A DNA stretch of 64,000 nt from Heterodontus francisci (lineage: Eukaryota). The stretch's first letter is position 1, and every line of letters begins with the position of its first letter. Below, piece after piece: positions 1 to 11,030 of the stretch. The notes under the pieces are model-generated. The model did not search any database. It was not told the origin of the DNA and saw only the letters and a program-made list of their open reading frames with translations. Location of the stretch: NCBI RefSeq assembly GCF_036365525.1, contig NC_090373.1, positions 172,544,080 to 172,608,079 of the forward strand, written 5' to 3'. Position numbers and translations under genes: made by a program.

Positions 1-357
1 TGGTGGGTATTCCAGAGTTTAGGGCCACGGCAGCAAGGCAACCGATGGAGGGGTGATTAAAATTGGGGATGCTCAAGAGGCCATAATTGGAGAAGCACAG
101 ATATCTCGAAGGATTGTGGGCTGAAGGGAGATTACAGAGAAAGGGAGAGGAGAGGCCATGGAAAGATTTGTAAACAATGATGAGAATGTTAAAATTGAGA
201 CATTGCTTAACCAGGAACCAGGTCAGCGCACATAGGGGTGATGGGTGAACAGGATTTGGTGTGAGTTAGAACAGGGCAGCAAGATTTTGGTTGACCTCAA
301 GGTTATGGAGGGTAGAACATGGGAGGCCAGCCAGGACTGAATTAGAATGGTCAAGTA
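1..357 (-). mobile_element. L2-clade LINE, 3' ORF2 remnant
   Basis: Minus strand gives a degraded 'QN.AAL.LT.T....PI' C-terminal L2 motif region; similar to the copies at 48420-48840 and 51700-52200. Confidence 0.7.
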
Positions 358-1159
358 AACCAGAATAAACCTTTATCAATACACTCATTCTCAATGCAGT
401 GCTCAGCAGAAACAATGTTGTGGAAACCTTTTGGACAATGGTGTCAGGCCTGCACTCATGGGAGGCTAAATTTACCTCTTCACTGCCTGCGGAGAATCTG
501 GTGGAGTGGATCATCCATCCTTTGCAGACCTCATTCAATTTCCATTGTCTTGAAATCAATGGAATGAGAAAATCGGTCAGGTTTGACCATGGGTGGGTAA
601 GCAATTTCACCAAATTGCCGACTGGGTAATGAAGGCAAAAATCTACCACGTGGTCTCCAGCTTTCATATAAAATTAGTAAGCAAAGTATCTAATTCCATA
701 CAGGCTGACATATAGATTCTATATATAACTCCATATCTCCCTGCTCACTCTCTGTTGCTTGTAACTAACAAGAATGCATCAATTAGTGATGCATGGATGT
801 GTCGGTATTGATGACACTCCCTGAAGATAAATGGTTTAATCTCCATATTTCCGACAGCAATATAAGCCCAAACCGTGGGCAATTAATAATGTTCTGATGT
901 TGGAACACCTGGCAACTCCCAAGCCCGTCGAAACAACCCTGACCCAGTTCAGAGGCTGCCCTATGAGCCAACTCATTTCCATGCTCACCATATTCCTTCA
1001 AGGCTCTGAGATACCCATTTTAAAAAAAATCAGAGGCAATTCAATGAATAAGAGCAACCTTTTATTTATCATTTAAGCGGTCATTGACCCGCCCTACCTG
1101 GGAATTTTTGGCACCAATTGCAGAAAGTTATCATGGAAAGTATGTGAACCTACATTTCG

Positions 1160-2230
1160 ATAACACTTTTTCCATCTACTGGCCATCCCAAAGCATGTTA
1201 CTGTCAATTAATTATATTTGAAATGTAGTCTGTTGTTTTATGGGTAAACACAGCAATCAACTTGTGCACAGTGCTACGACCAGGTGAGAAAGAGGTCTAG
1301 GGTTCCCTTTCAGCCTTCACCTGGTCTTACTGTAACAGGGTTTTTTTTTTAAACACACCGTGTTTTAAGCTGCCCCTTGGTGAATCCTTGTTCGCCACTT
1401 TCCAATTATAAGGCAAAGAAACCAGCACACACACACACACACATTCACAGGTTTTCTTAGTTTAAAGAAGATTGAAATTTATTAAAACTTAATCTTAAAC
1501 TCTAATTTGATTGATGCCTAGAGATACACAACGTGCCCATGCTAGCATGCATATACGATACACGCATGCAAATAGAAACAGAAAAGAGCAGAAGAAATAA
1601 AGTGGAAAGGTTTGAGGCAATATCTGAAGAGATTTTCATTACGGGTCTTCGAGCTCCCTGTATAGTCCTTGCATGTAGGTGGATCTTACTTTTCGTTGGG
1701 GCCCAGTATTCTTAAACATTGTTCACTGTAGGAGACTTTTCTCTCTTGGGGTTCATGTGTCTTCAATGGATTTTTGGAGTTCTGTGAGAAAGAGATGGGA
1801 GCAGACAGGAGAGGAGGTCTGCTTCAGTCCAGCAGCAAAGAGCTTTCTGCCAGTTCAAACACTGTTTCTACAATTTAAAACTCCACATGTTGGCCAGGAG
1901 GGTAGTCACGTGACTAGTCTAACCACTTCTGGCTTTGTGTATTGGGTGGGTCAGGGAATGGTCCTTTGTCTACAAATATTGTCTGTTAATATGCAAAAAT
2001 GTCTTTCCAGCCAGGGGCTTGGCAACCCCTTGTACCAGGCTTTCTCTTCTTCCCAGCAACAATTTGAAATTTAATGTCCATGTGGCAAGATTAATATGCC
2101 TCATTCTTGGCAGGTAGGGGCCTCCATGACAACAGCAAGGCCCCACAAACAGCAAATGAGATAAATAATCAGGTGATCAGTTTTATTGGTATTGGTTGAG
2201 GGATAAATATTAACCAGAGCAATGGGCGAG
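1160..2230 (-). mobile_element. Deu-domain SINE (SacSINE1-like), split by a solo LTR
   Basis: '...caacttgtgcacag|...|acagcaaggccccacaaacagcaaatgag...ggttgagggataaatatt' rejoins into the Deu core once 1272-2131 is removed. Confidence 0.7.
1272..2131 (-). mobile_element. Solo LTR (Gypsy-type), copy 1
   Basis: TG...CA termini (TGCTACGACC...CATGACA); 4-bp TSD ACAG at 1268-1271 and 2132-2135; reverse-complement homologue of 22472-23387. Confidence 0.9.
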
Positions 2231-2391
2231 TAGTCTATCTGAACCGGCAGATGGTACTTAACTTGCCTGCTTCTTACTTCTAAATGATCCTTTTGGTCCA
2301 TAAACAGGCAATTTGGCTTTATTACTTTTCCACTTATGGTGTTCAGATCACTGGCTTCTTGACCTTTTCTGGATTCCTCTGACAATATCTC

Positions 2392-2735
2392 GGCACAGTG
2401 GCGCAGTGGTTAGCACCGCAGCCTCACAGCTCCAGTGACCCGGGTTCAGTTCTGGGTACTGCCTGTGTGGAGTTTGCAAGTTCTCCCTGTGTTTGCGTGG
2501 GTTTCCTCCGGGTGCTCCGGTTTCCTCCCACATGCCAAAAGACTTGCAGGTTGATAGGTAAATTGGCCATTAGCAATTGCCCCTAGTATAGGTACGTGGT
2601 AGGGAAATATAGGGACAGGTGGGGGATGTGGTAGGAATATGGGATTAGTGTAGGATTAGTATAAATGGGTGGTTGATGGTCGGCACAGACTCGGTGGGCC
2701 GAAGGGCCTGTTTCAGTGCTGTATCTCTAAACTAA
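2392..2735 (+). mobile_element. HE1-type tRNA-derived V-SINE
   Basis: A box TGGCGCAGTGG, B-box-like GGTTCAGTTC, V domain 'tgtggagtttgcaagttctccc...gggtttcctccgggtgctccggtttcctccc', CR1-type tail 'gggccgaagggcctgtttcagtgctgtatctctaaactaaa'; ATCTC on both flanks. Confidence 0.92.
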
Positions 2736-3479
2736 AATCTCCACTGGACCCTTAAAGAATTTTCTAACTAGAACCAAATGTAAGAAAACACAGGATAAGA
2801 GGAAGCCATTTGTTCTGTCAACCTTCCAGAGATGATATACAATGTGGATTCTACACAGCCCATTTAATATCTAGAAGAAACATTCTGGAACATTTCTCTT
2901 TGCCGTTCACCCATGGCAATCAAGCAAAATTCCACAATACGTGTCTACTCTTAGTCTCTACACTAACATCCATGATGAATTGTCCTTCATTAGCCCCACG
3001 ACAAGTTTAAGGCTAAAACATTCAGAAACCATCACGGTTCTCACAGTAGTAGACCCCTAAGCTACTCCAAAGAATTGTCTACTTGATTAGGGAGCTCTGA
3101 ATGGCCAGAATTCAGCCAACATTTGAATTTTCCTCAACCATTCTGCTCAACGGAAAGACACAAGGATATAACTATAAAGAATCATGAAGTATTTTGCCCA
3201 TCATAGGCATAGCTTCCATCTGATTTATATGTTTATATATAGTTAAGAATTTTGTGTTTGCTGCGTGTCCCACACATCTATACAGATTGAAACATCCGGA
3301 TTTGCGCAATCAAATTCACTAAAGAGCAACTAATCCTGAACACATACCTCAAACACTTTCACAAAAAACTCATCCCTAAGAGAAAAAAAAAATCAAAATC
3401 CTTCCAGACACCATGTCAGTTTTCTGCCCATCTCACTATACTGCCTGCTAGATATAAGGGGTAGAGCATAAAAATTGGA

Positions 3480-3583
3480 GTCAGTCCTTTCAGGAGTGAA
3501 GTGAGGAAACACTTCTGTGTGCAAAGGGTGCTAGAAGTTTGGAACTCTCTTCCGCAAATGGCAGTTGATGCTACATTAATTGT
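3480..3583 (+). mobile_element. CR1 LINE 3' fragment
   Basis: 'aggaaacacttc...caaagggtgctagaagtttggaactctcttccgc' = RKHF..QRV.EVWNSLP terminal motif. Confidence 0.6.
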
Positions 3584-3584
3584 T

Positions 3585-4905
3585 ATAGAGTCATAGAGTT
3601 ATACAGCACAGAAACAGGCCCTTCGGCCCATCGTGTCTGTGCTGGCCGTCAAGCACCTAACTATTCTAACCCCATTTTCCAGCACTTGGCCCGTAGCCTA
3701 GTATGCTATGGCATTTCAAGTGCTCATCTAAATACTTCTTAAATGTTGTGAGGGTTCCTGCCTCTACCACCCCTTCAGGCAGTGCATTTCAGATTCCAAC
3801 CACCCTCGGAGTGAAAATTTTCCTCAAATCCCCTCTAAACCTACTGCACCTTACCTTAAATCTATGTCCGCTGGCTATTGACACCTCCGCTAAGGGAAAA
3901 AGTTTCTTTCTATCTAACTTATCAATGCCCTCATAATTTTGTATACCTCAGTCATATCTCCCCTCAGCCTTCTCTGCTCTAAGGAAAACAACCCTAGCCT
4001 TTTCAGTCTCTCTTCATAGCTGTAATGCTCCAGCCCAGGCAACATACTGGCGAATCTCCTCTGCACCCTCTCCAGTGCAATTACATCCTTCCTATAGGGT
4101 GGTGCCCAGAACTGTACACAGTACTCCAGCTGTGGCCTGACTAGTGTTTTATACAGCTCCATCATAACCTCCCTGCTCTTATATTCTATGCCTCGGTTAA
4201 TAGAGGCAAGTATCCCATATGCCTTCCTAACCATCTTATCTACCTGTGCTGCTGTCTTCAGTGATCTATGGACAAGGACACCAAGGTCCCTCTGACCCTC
4301 TGTACTTCCAAGGATCTTACCATCCCTTGCCTAGTTAGTCCTCCCAAAATGCATTACTTCACACTGCTCAGGATTAAATTCCATTTGCCACAGCTCAGCC
4401 CATCTTACCAGCCCATCTATATCGTCCTGTAATCTAAGGCTTTCCTCCTCACCGTTTACAACACCAATTTTTGTGTCATTTGCAAACTTACTGATCATAC
4501 CTCCTATATTCACATCTAAATCATTCATGTACCCTACAAACAGCAACAGTCCCAGCACCAATCCCTGTGGTACACCACTGGTCACAGACATCCATTATAA
4601 AACGCCTTAGGATTTTCCTTTATCTTGCCTGCCAGTGTTTTTTCATGTTCCATCGTCGCTTTCCTAATTTTTTTAGTACCGCCCCCTACACTTTCTATAC
4701 TCCTCTGGTGCCTCCGCTGTTTTCAGCTCCAAATCTGCCATAAGCCTCCTTTTTTTTCCTCATCCAATCCTCCTTATCCCTTGACATCCAGAGTTCCCTG
4801 GACTTGTTGGTCCTACCCTTCACTTTAACGGGTACATGTTGGCTCTGAACTCTCACTATTTCCTCTTTGAATGACTCCCATTAGTCTGATGTCGACTTTC
4901 CTCCA
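3585..4905 (-). mobile_element. CR1 (HER1-like) LINE, 3' part of ORF2 plus a joined upstream fragment
   Basis: ORFs 4331-4591 (GVPQG..LGLLLF, ISKFAND) and 3914-4234 (LYKTLVRPQLEYCVQFW); tail (ATGACTCT)n at 3585. Confidence 0.9.
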
Positions 4906-4907
4906 AG

Positions 4908-5057
4908 TAGATAGATTGTTGTTAGGCAAGGGAATCAAAAGTTGTCGGAAGTAGATGGGACTGTGGAATTCGAGACACACACACATCAGCCATGATCTTG
5001 GTGAATGGTGGAGCAGGCTAGAGGGTCCGAATGGCCTACTTCTGCTCCTAATTCGTA
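4908..5057 (+). mobile_element. CR1 LINE 3' UTR fragment
   Basis: 'atcagccatgatcttggtgaatggtggagcaggctagagggtccgaatggcctacttctgctcctaattcgtat' CR1 terminus, same subfamily as 63857-64000. Confidence 0.75.
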
Positions 5058-6309
5058 TCTTGCCTACCAGTGTTTTTTCATGTCCCCTCTTCGCTCTCCC
5101 TTCAAAGTTATGGCAGATGATTGGGACAACATGAATCCACAACCTTCTGACTCAGGTAAGTGTGCTACCAACTGAGCCATGGCAAATTAAACAGGTAAAC
5201 GGAATTAAGTAATTCTTTAGGATATAGGAAAGGCAGACTTGAAAATTCAAGAGTCTAATATGCTTGTTGCTATTACACTATCCAGAAACAGTTTTCTAAA
5301 TGTGCATCAATGAGATTAAACTGCCTAATAAAAGCAAAATCTTCTCATGCAAGCTACACTTACACCACAGTTTTAGTGTTGTTGTGTAGCAGGCTAGAGT
5401 TACAAGTACAGGCTACTGATGGGTGAAGTCCCCATCCCTGGTAGTGCACATTAAGAAAATTGGCCCCATGTTATTCCAGAATCTGGGCTTGATCAGTCTC
5501 CAGAAAGAAGTGGAGGTGAGAGACTCATTCTTTGGGGAAATGACTTTGTACCAATGCTGTAGTTGCGGTATAAAATGCAACCTTGGAGGCTTCCTCTTGC
5601 TAGTTTTCCCTCAAATTATTCTCTTTCATACCTCCAAACCATGTTTAGCTCAGCCAAATATATATCATCTTCTACATCAAATGTCAGGCAGAAGCAGAAA
5701 ATATTATGAATAGCATTAGGCAAAAGAAAGTGCAAGATAATATCCGGAGCACAATGAACAGAACAAATGGTAATCTTCAGCTTGATCTACTGCTTCAAAA
5801 AGATGTAATATGATTAATTGGTTACATTGGTGAGTATGTAAATGCTTGACGGAGGTTTATAACGACAAGCCTGCTATTTTGAACAGTAGAGGCTAGTCCA
5901 TGATATCATCCCTTACATTCTTATCAATGTCAACTTTAATATCTTGCAGACTTCCTTTTCTTAATTATAGTGACAAGAATCTGAATTGTTGGCCTCCTTA
6001 ATGAAGTCTGTCAATTAAACAGTAGGCGGCCTCCTTAATTTTATTAGCATGGCATGAAGAACTGGTGAGAAAATAAATAGTTGAAGCAGAGGAAGATACA
6101 GGGCTGTATGAAGAGAGCAGCGTGGTGAGATTAGTTTTGGATTGCTGTAGCAGAGAGCTGGTACAAACACGATGAGCTCAATGGGCTCCTCCTGTGCTGC
6201 AAGTGTCCATGGTTAAATGACAATGATATTGAACCAATTATCTAACAAACCTGTTTAACTTGTGCTGGTAAAATCTATCACTGTTCCCATTGTGAGTAGT
6301 CAGAGCTGT

Positions 6310-8060
6310 CAGAGCGCCCTTTCCCCTTCAGGTGCTTATCCAATTCCCCTTTAAAAGCCACGATTGAATCTACCTCTACCACATTCTCAGGCTGTGCATT
6401 CCAGATTGTAACTACATGCTGCGTAAAAAGTTTTTTTTCTCATATTGTCCTTGGGGTTTTTTTGCCAGTCTTTAACTCAGTCCTGTGGTTCTTGACACTT
6501 CTGCCAATGGGAACAGTTTCTCCCTATCTACTCTGTATAGACCCTTCATGATTTTGAACACCTCTATCAAATCTCCTCTCAACCTTCACTTCTTCCAGGA
6601 GAACAGCCCCAGCTTCTCCAATCTAGCCTCATAACACATAGCATAACCCTCATCCCTGGAAACATTCACATAAATCTTTCCTGCACCCGCTCTAAAGCCT
6701 TCACATCCTTCCTAAACTGTGGTGCCCAGAATTGAACACAATACTCCAGTTGAGGCTGAACTAGTGTTTCATAAAGGTTCATCGTAATTTCCTTACTTTT
6801 GTACTCTATGCCTCTGTTTATAAAGCCCAGAACCCCGTATGCCTTATTCATCACTTTCTCAAACTGCCCTGCCACCTTCCATGATTTGTGCACATATACC
6901 CCTCTCAATTCCTCCATCCCCTTTAGAATTGTAGCCTTTAGTTTATATTGCCTCTTCCTGTTCTTCCTACCAAAATGCATCACTTTGCACGTCTCTGCAT
7001 TAAATTTCATCTGAAAAATTTTTGCATTTATATAGTGCCTCTCACGACTACCAGACATCTCAAAGTGTTTTAAAGTTAATCAACTACTTTTTTTGAAGTG
7101 TAGTTACTGTTGTAATGCAGGAAACCCACCTGTCTTCCCATTCAACCAGGCTGTCTATATCCTCTTGAAGTCTATCACTATCCTCCTCACAGTTCATAAT
7201 ACTTCCGAGTTTTGTGGCATCTGCAAATTTTGAAATTATGCCCTGCACACCCAAGTCTAAGACATTAATATACATCGAAAAACTGTGATCCTAGTACCAG
7301 CCCCTGGGCTACCCCAGTGTATACCTTCCTCCAGTCTGAAAAACAACCATTCACCACTACTGTTTCCTCTCACTCAACCAACTTTGTATCCACGCTGCTA
7401 CTGTCTCTTTTATTCCATGGACTTCAACTTTGCTGGCAAGCCTATTATGTGATGCTTTATCAAATATATTTTGGAAGTCCATATCAACCGTATTACGCTC
7501 ATCAACCTTCTCTATTACCTCATCAAAAAACCCAATCAAGTTAATTAAACATCATTTGCCTTTAACAAATCCATGCTGGCTTTCCTTGCTTAATCCACAT
7601 TTGTCCAACTGACTGTTAATTTTGTCCCCAATAATCGTTTCTAAAAGCTTTCACACCACCGACGTTAAACTGACTGGCCTGTAGCCATTCGGTTTATCCT
7701 TGCACTCTTTTTGAACAAGACTACAACATTTCTGATTCTCCAGTTGTCTGGCACCGCCCCGTATCTAATGAACATTGGATGATCTTGGCCAGTACTTCCG
7801 CAATTTCCTCACCACCCTCAGATGTATCCCATCTGGTCGTGGTGACATCAACTTTAAGTACAGACATCCTTTCTAGTACCTCCTCTTTATCACTTTTTAT
7901 CCCATCCAGTATCTCAACTACCTCCTCTTTCACAATGATTTGGCAGCATCTTCTTCATTAGTTAAAACAGTTGCAAAGTACTCATTTAATACTTCAACAT
8001 GCCCTCTGCTTCCATGCACATGTCTACTTTTTGGTCCCTAATCAGCCCCATCCCTATTTA
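6310..8060 (-). mobile_element. CR1 LINE ORF2 RT remnant with a Deu-SINE 3' fragment inserted at about 7015-7125
   Basis: ORFs 7357-7539 (MDFQ..FDK..H.RL), 7084-7275 (ISKFAD.TKLG), 6666-7058 (LYETLVQPQLEYCVQFW). Confidence 0.88.
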
Positions 8061-8064
8061 TTAT

Positions 8065-9009
8065 AGCGAGAAAACCTCTAGCCTAGATATTTGACTGAAG
8101 ATGACACTCGGGCACTTGCCAGCATGAAGTAACATTAACACTATAGTACAACAGGAGCACTAAACCACTTCCAGAAATACACCCTAGTGGTACAGTGCAG
8201 ATGAAGCTTTCTAGCCAGGGTCTTGGAGTGCTGGAACATGTACACATGTGGTGGGTCCTAGTAGTTATAATGTGCAAGTTGGAGACACATCAATCAGCAG
8301 GAATCACCGTCAGTTCATTTATGCTGATGAGTTATCTGTTAGCAAAACTCCTCAGACTGAGGCTGTTTCTGAAACACATACCTGGAACTCACTACCCACA
8401 AGGTTGGTGGAAGCAGAGACAATCAATGATTTCAAAAGGAATTTGGATGGCCACTTGAAGGAAATAAATTTGCAGGGCGATGGGGATCGAGCAGGGGAGC
8501 GGGACTGACTGGATTGCTCTGTGGAGAGCCGGCATGGACTTAATGGGCCAAATGGCCTCCTTCTGTGCCGTAAATGACTATGACTCTATCCCCCGTGGTC
8601 CTCTGAACTGTCCACTGTATTTAAATAAAGAAATGATAACTGCAACACCTGAATTACCTGGTAGTCAGACCGTAATTACCAATCGCAGATCTAGAAGACA
8701 GACCCAGCCTCTATCTCGATTGATGGACTATTTGTTGTTAGTGTCTGCTTTAGATTGTGTGTTTTGTTTTGGTTCCTCCATGTGTTTTTTTAAAATCTGA
8801 AATTGGTAGATAGTATGTTTTTTGAGGGAAAGATGCGACACGAGATGTACATTGGCATGTTGGCATGTTGGCATGTTAGCGATGAGTCAGATGATTCCTT
8901 TGTTTACTGACTCTCGTGTGTGTTCGGTAAGCAGCAAGACTGAAAACTACTGTAAGTTTTAACTTGTTGCTTTATATACATAAATTGAACCTTGATACAT
9001 TTTATGACA
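8065..9009 (+). mobile_element. Gypsy LTR retrotransposon 3' remnant: integrase C-terminus, PPT and short 3' LTR (about 8834-9009), interrupted by a CR1 tail at 8375-8590
   Basis: YNRSTKPLPE...W..GTC..VVGPSSYNVQVG....RNHRQF and RRSRRQTQPLSRLMDY are typical Gypsy integrase tail motifs; purine tract GAGGGAAAGA directly before TG at 8834. Confidence 0.6.
8375..8590 (+). mobile_element. CR1 3' end
   Basis: TWNSLPTRLVEAETINDFKRNLD; tail 'atgactatgactctat'. Confidence 0.8.
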
Positions 9010-9621
9010 ACTTATGGCTATGTCGACTATTTAAAGAGGTATCGACTCAGTAATTGTTGATGAGATGAAGTTCCTCTTCAGTAATTGCTGTGGCTACAAT
9101 AATTCATGGAATACAAGTTCACTGTAGTTTTAATTGTGTCTCAATAATGTGGTATATTCGACTCAGGAGGTTTGCTTTACCAGAAGAAGACTAAGAGTAA
9201 CTGGAAGTCTTGCCCAATAATGATTGTGGGACAGAACTAGTATTTTCACAATGTTACATCTTTATTTGCAGAGTCCAATATTTTTGACCTGCTGAATTGA
9301 ATCATCAATATCCCGGTATTTATTAAAATGAGCTAGTGTCAAGGAATAGGTTCTACGCCGACATTGTCCTGCTTTTTAGTGTTGCTGACATAAACCTCAT
9401 CAGGTCCCAATTAAAATGAAATTCTTTAACATTTTGTCGAAAGATCATGGAATGCGTGCAAGGATGGTGGGGTGGGGGCTCCACTGTCTGATGTGTTGCT
9501 GCCCTCTCATGGCCCTAATATTTTCAATGGCAGATTGATTCTGGATGTGCTCTCGTGTATCATATATCAACCTGCCTCCATTTTGTTTGGAGTTCTAACT
9601 TTCCTAGCATCTACATTGCTC

Positions 9622-10769
9622 TTTTTGGGATTTTCTTCTCCCTGCTGCTTTCACATGCGTTCAAGTCCTCTGAAGAAGGAATTTTCCTCCACACAAGATC
9701 AGGGGGCAGGTTGTTCAACCTTGCCCGTCTAAGAGCGAAGTCCAAAGTACGGAAAGTCCTCATCAGGGAACTCCTCTTTGCTGACAATGCTGCTTTAACA
9801 TCCCACACTGAAGAGTGCCTGCAGAGTCTCATCGACAGGTTTGCGGCTGCCTGCAATGAATTTGGCCTAACAATCAGCCTCAGGAAAACAAACAACATGG
9901 GGCAGGACGTCAGTAATGCTCCATCCATCAATATTGGCGACCACGCTCTGGAAGTGGTTGAAGAGTTCACCTACCTAGGCTCAACTATCACCAGTAACCT
10001 GTCTCTAGATGCAGAAATCAATAAGCGCATGGGTAAGGCTTCCACTGCTATGTCCAGACTGGCCAAGAGAGTGTGGGAAAATGGCGCACTGACACGGAAC
10101 ACAAAAGTCCAAGTGTATCAGGCCTGTGTCCTCAGTACCTTGCTCTATGGCAGCGAGGCATGGACAACGTATGCCAGCCAAGAGCGACGTCTCAATTCAT
10201 TCCATCTTCGCTGCCTCCGGAGAATACTTGACATCAGGTGGCAGGACCGCATCTCCAACACAGAAGTCCTCGAGGCGGCCAACATCCCCAGCTTGTACAC
10301 ACTACTGAGTCAGCGGCGCTTGAGATGGCTTGGCCATGTGAGCTGCATGGAAGATGGCAGGATCCCCAAAGACACATTGTACAGCGAGCTCGCCACTGGT
10401 ATCAGACCCACCGGCCGTCCATGTCTCCGCTTTAAAGACGTCTGCAAACGCGACATGAAATCCTGTGACATTGATCACAAGTCGTGGGAGTCAGTTGCCA
10501 GCGTTCGCCAGAGCTGGCGGGCAACCATAAAGTTGGGGCTAAAATGTGGCGAGTCGAAGAGACTTAGTAGTTGGCAGGAAAAAAGACAGAGGCGCAAGGG
10601 GAGAGCCAACTGTGCAACAGCCCCGACAAACAAATTTCTCTGCAGCACCTGTGGAAGAGCCTGTCACTCTAGAATAGGCCTTTATAGCCACTCCAGGTGC
10701 TGCTTCAAAAACCACTGACCACCTCCAGGCGCGTATCCATTGTCTCTCGAGATAAGGAGGCCCAAAAGA
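9622..10769 (+). mobile_element. RTE-clade LINE, 5'-truncated copy 1
   Basis: ORF 9555-10718: RELLFADNAAL, FTYLGS, YQACVLSTLLYGSEAW, RLRWLGHV, terminal CxxC...H Zn motif; 9-bp TSD ACATTGCTC at 9613-9621 and 10770-10778. Confidence 0.93.
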
Positions 10770-10869
10770 ACATTGCTCACGGACAAAAATCACTGGTTGC
10801 AAGGATTTGATTGGGAAATAGTTTTTCCATATCTACCCTATGTGGGAGAAATCAAAAACAACTGGACAT

Positions 10870-11030
10870 AATCTTAACATTAGAGTTAGGCCATTCAGGA
10901 GAGAAATTAGGAAGCACTTTATCCACAGCAATAGAAATCTGTGAGGGTATCAAGGAATATGGAGCTAAGTGAATGGAGTTGGGGTAAAGATAAACCATGA
11001 TCTAATTGATGGTGGAGGGGTCCGAGGTGT
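10870..11030 (+). mobile_element. CR1 3' end, degraded
   Basis: 'aattaggaagcactttatccacagc...ccatgatctaattgatggtggag'. Confidence 0.55.

Noticed and set aside
2392-2465. tRNA gene
   Set aside because: A/B boxes belong to the HE1 SINE head and continue into the V domain; the same applies at 18189, 59880 and 60380
5056-5100. 45-bp near-duplicate of 4622-4665 as a long TSD
   Set aside because: Several mismatches and both are CR1 internal sequence; more simply two CR1 fragments
9555-10718. 387-aa ORF as a host or domesticated gene
   Set aside because: TSD-bounded truncated RTE; the first ~22 codons are chance read-through from the flank with a non-ATG start
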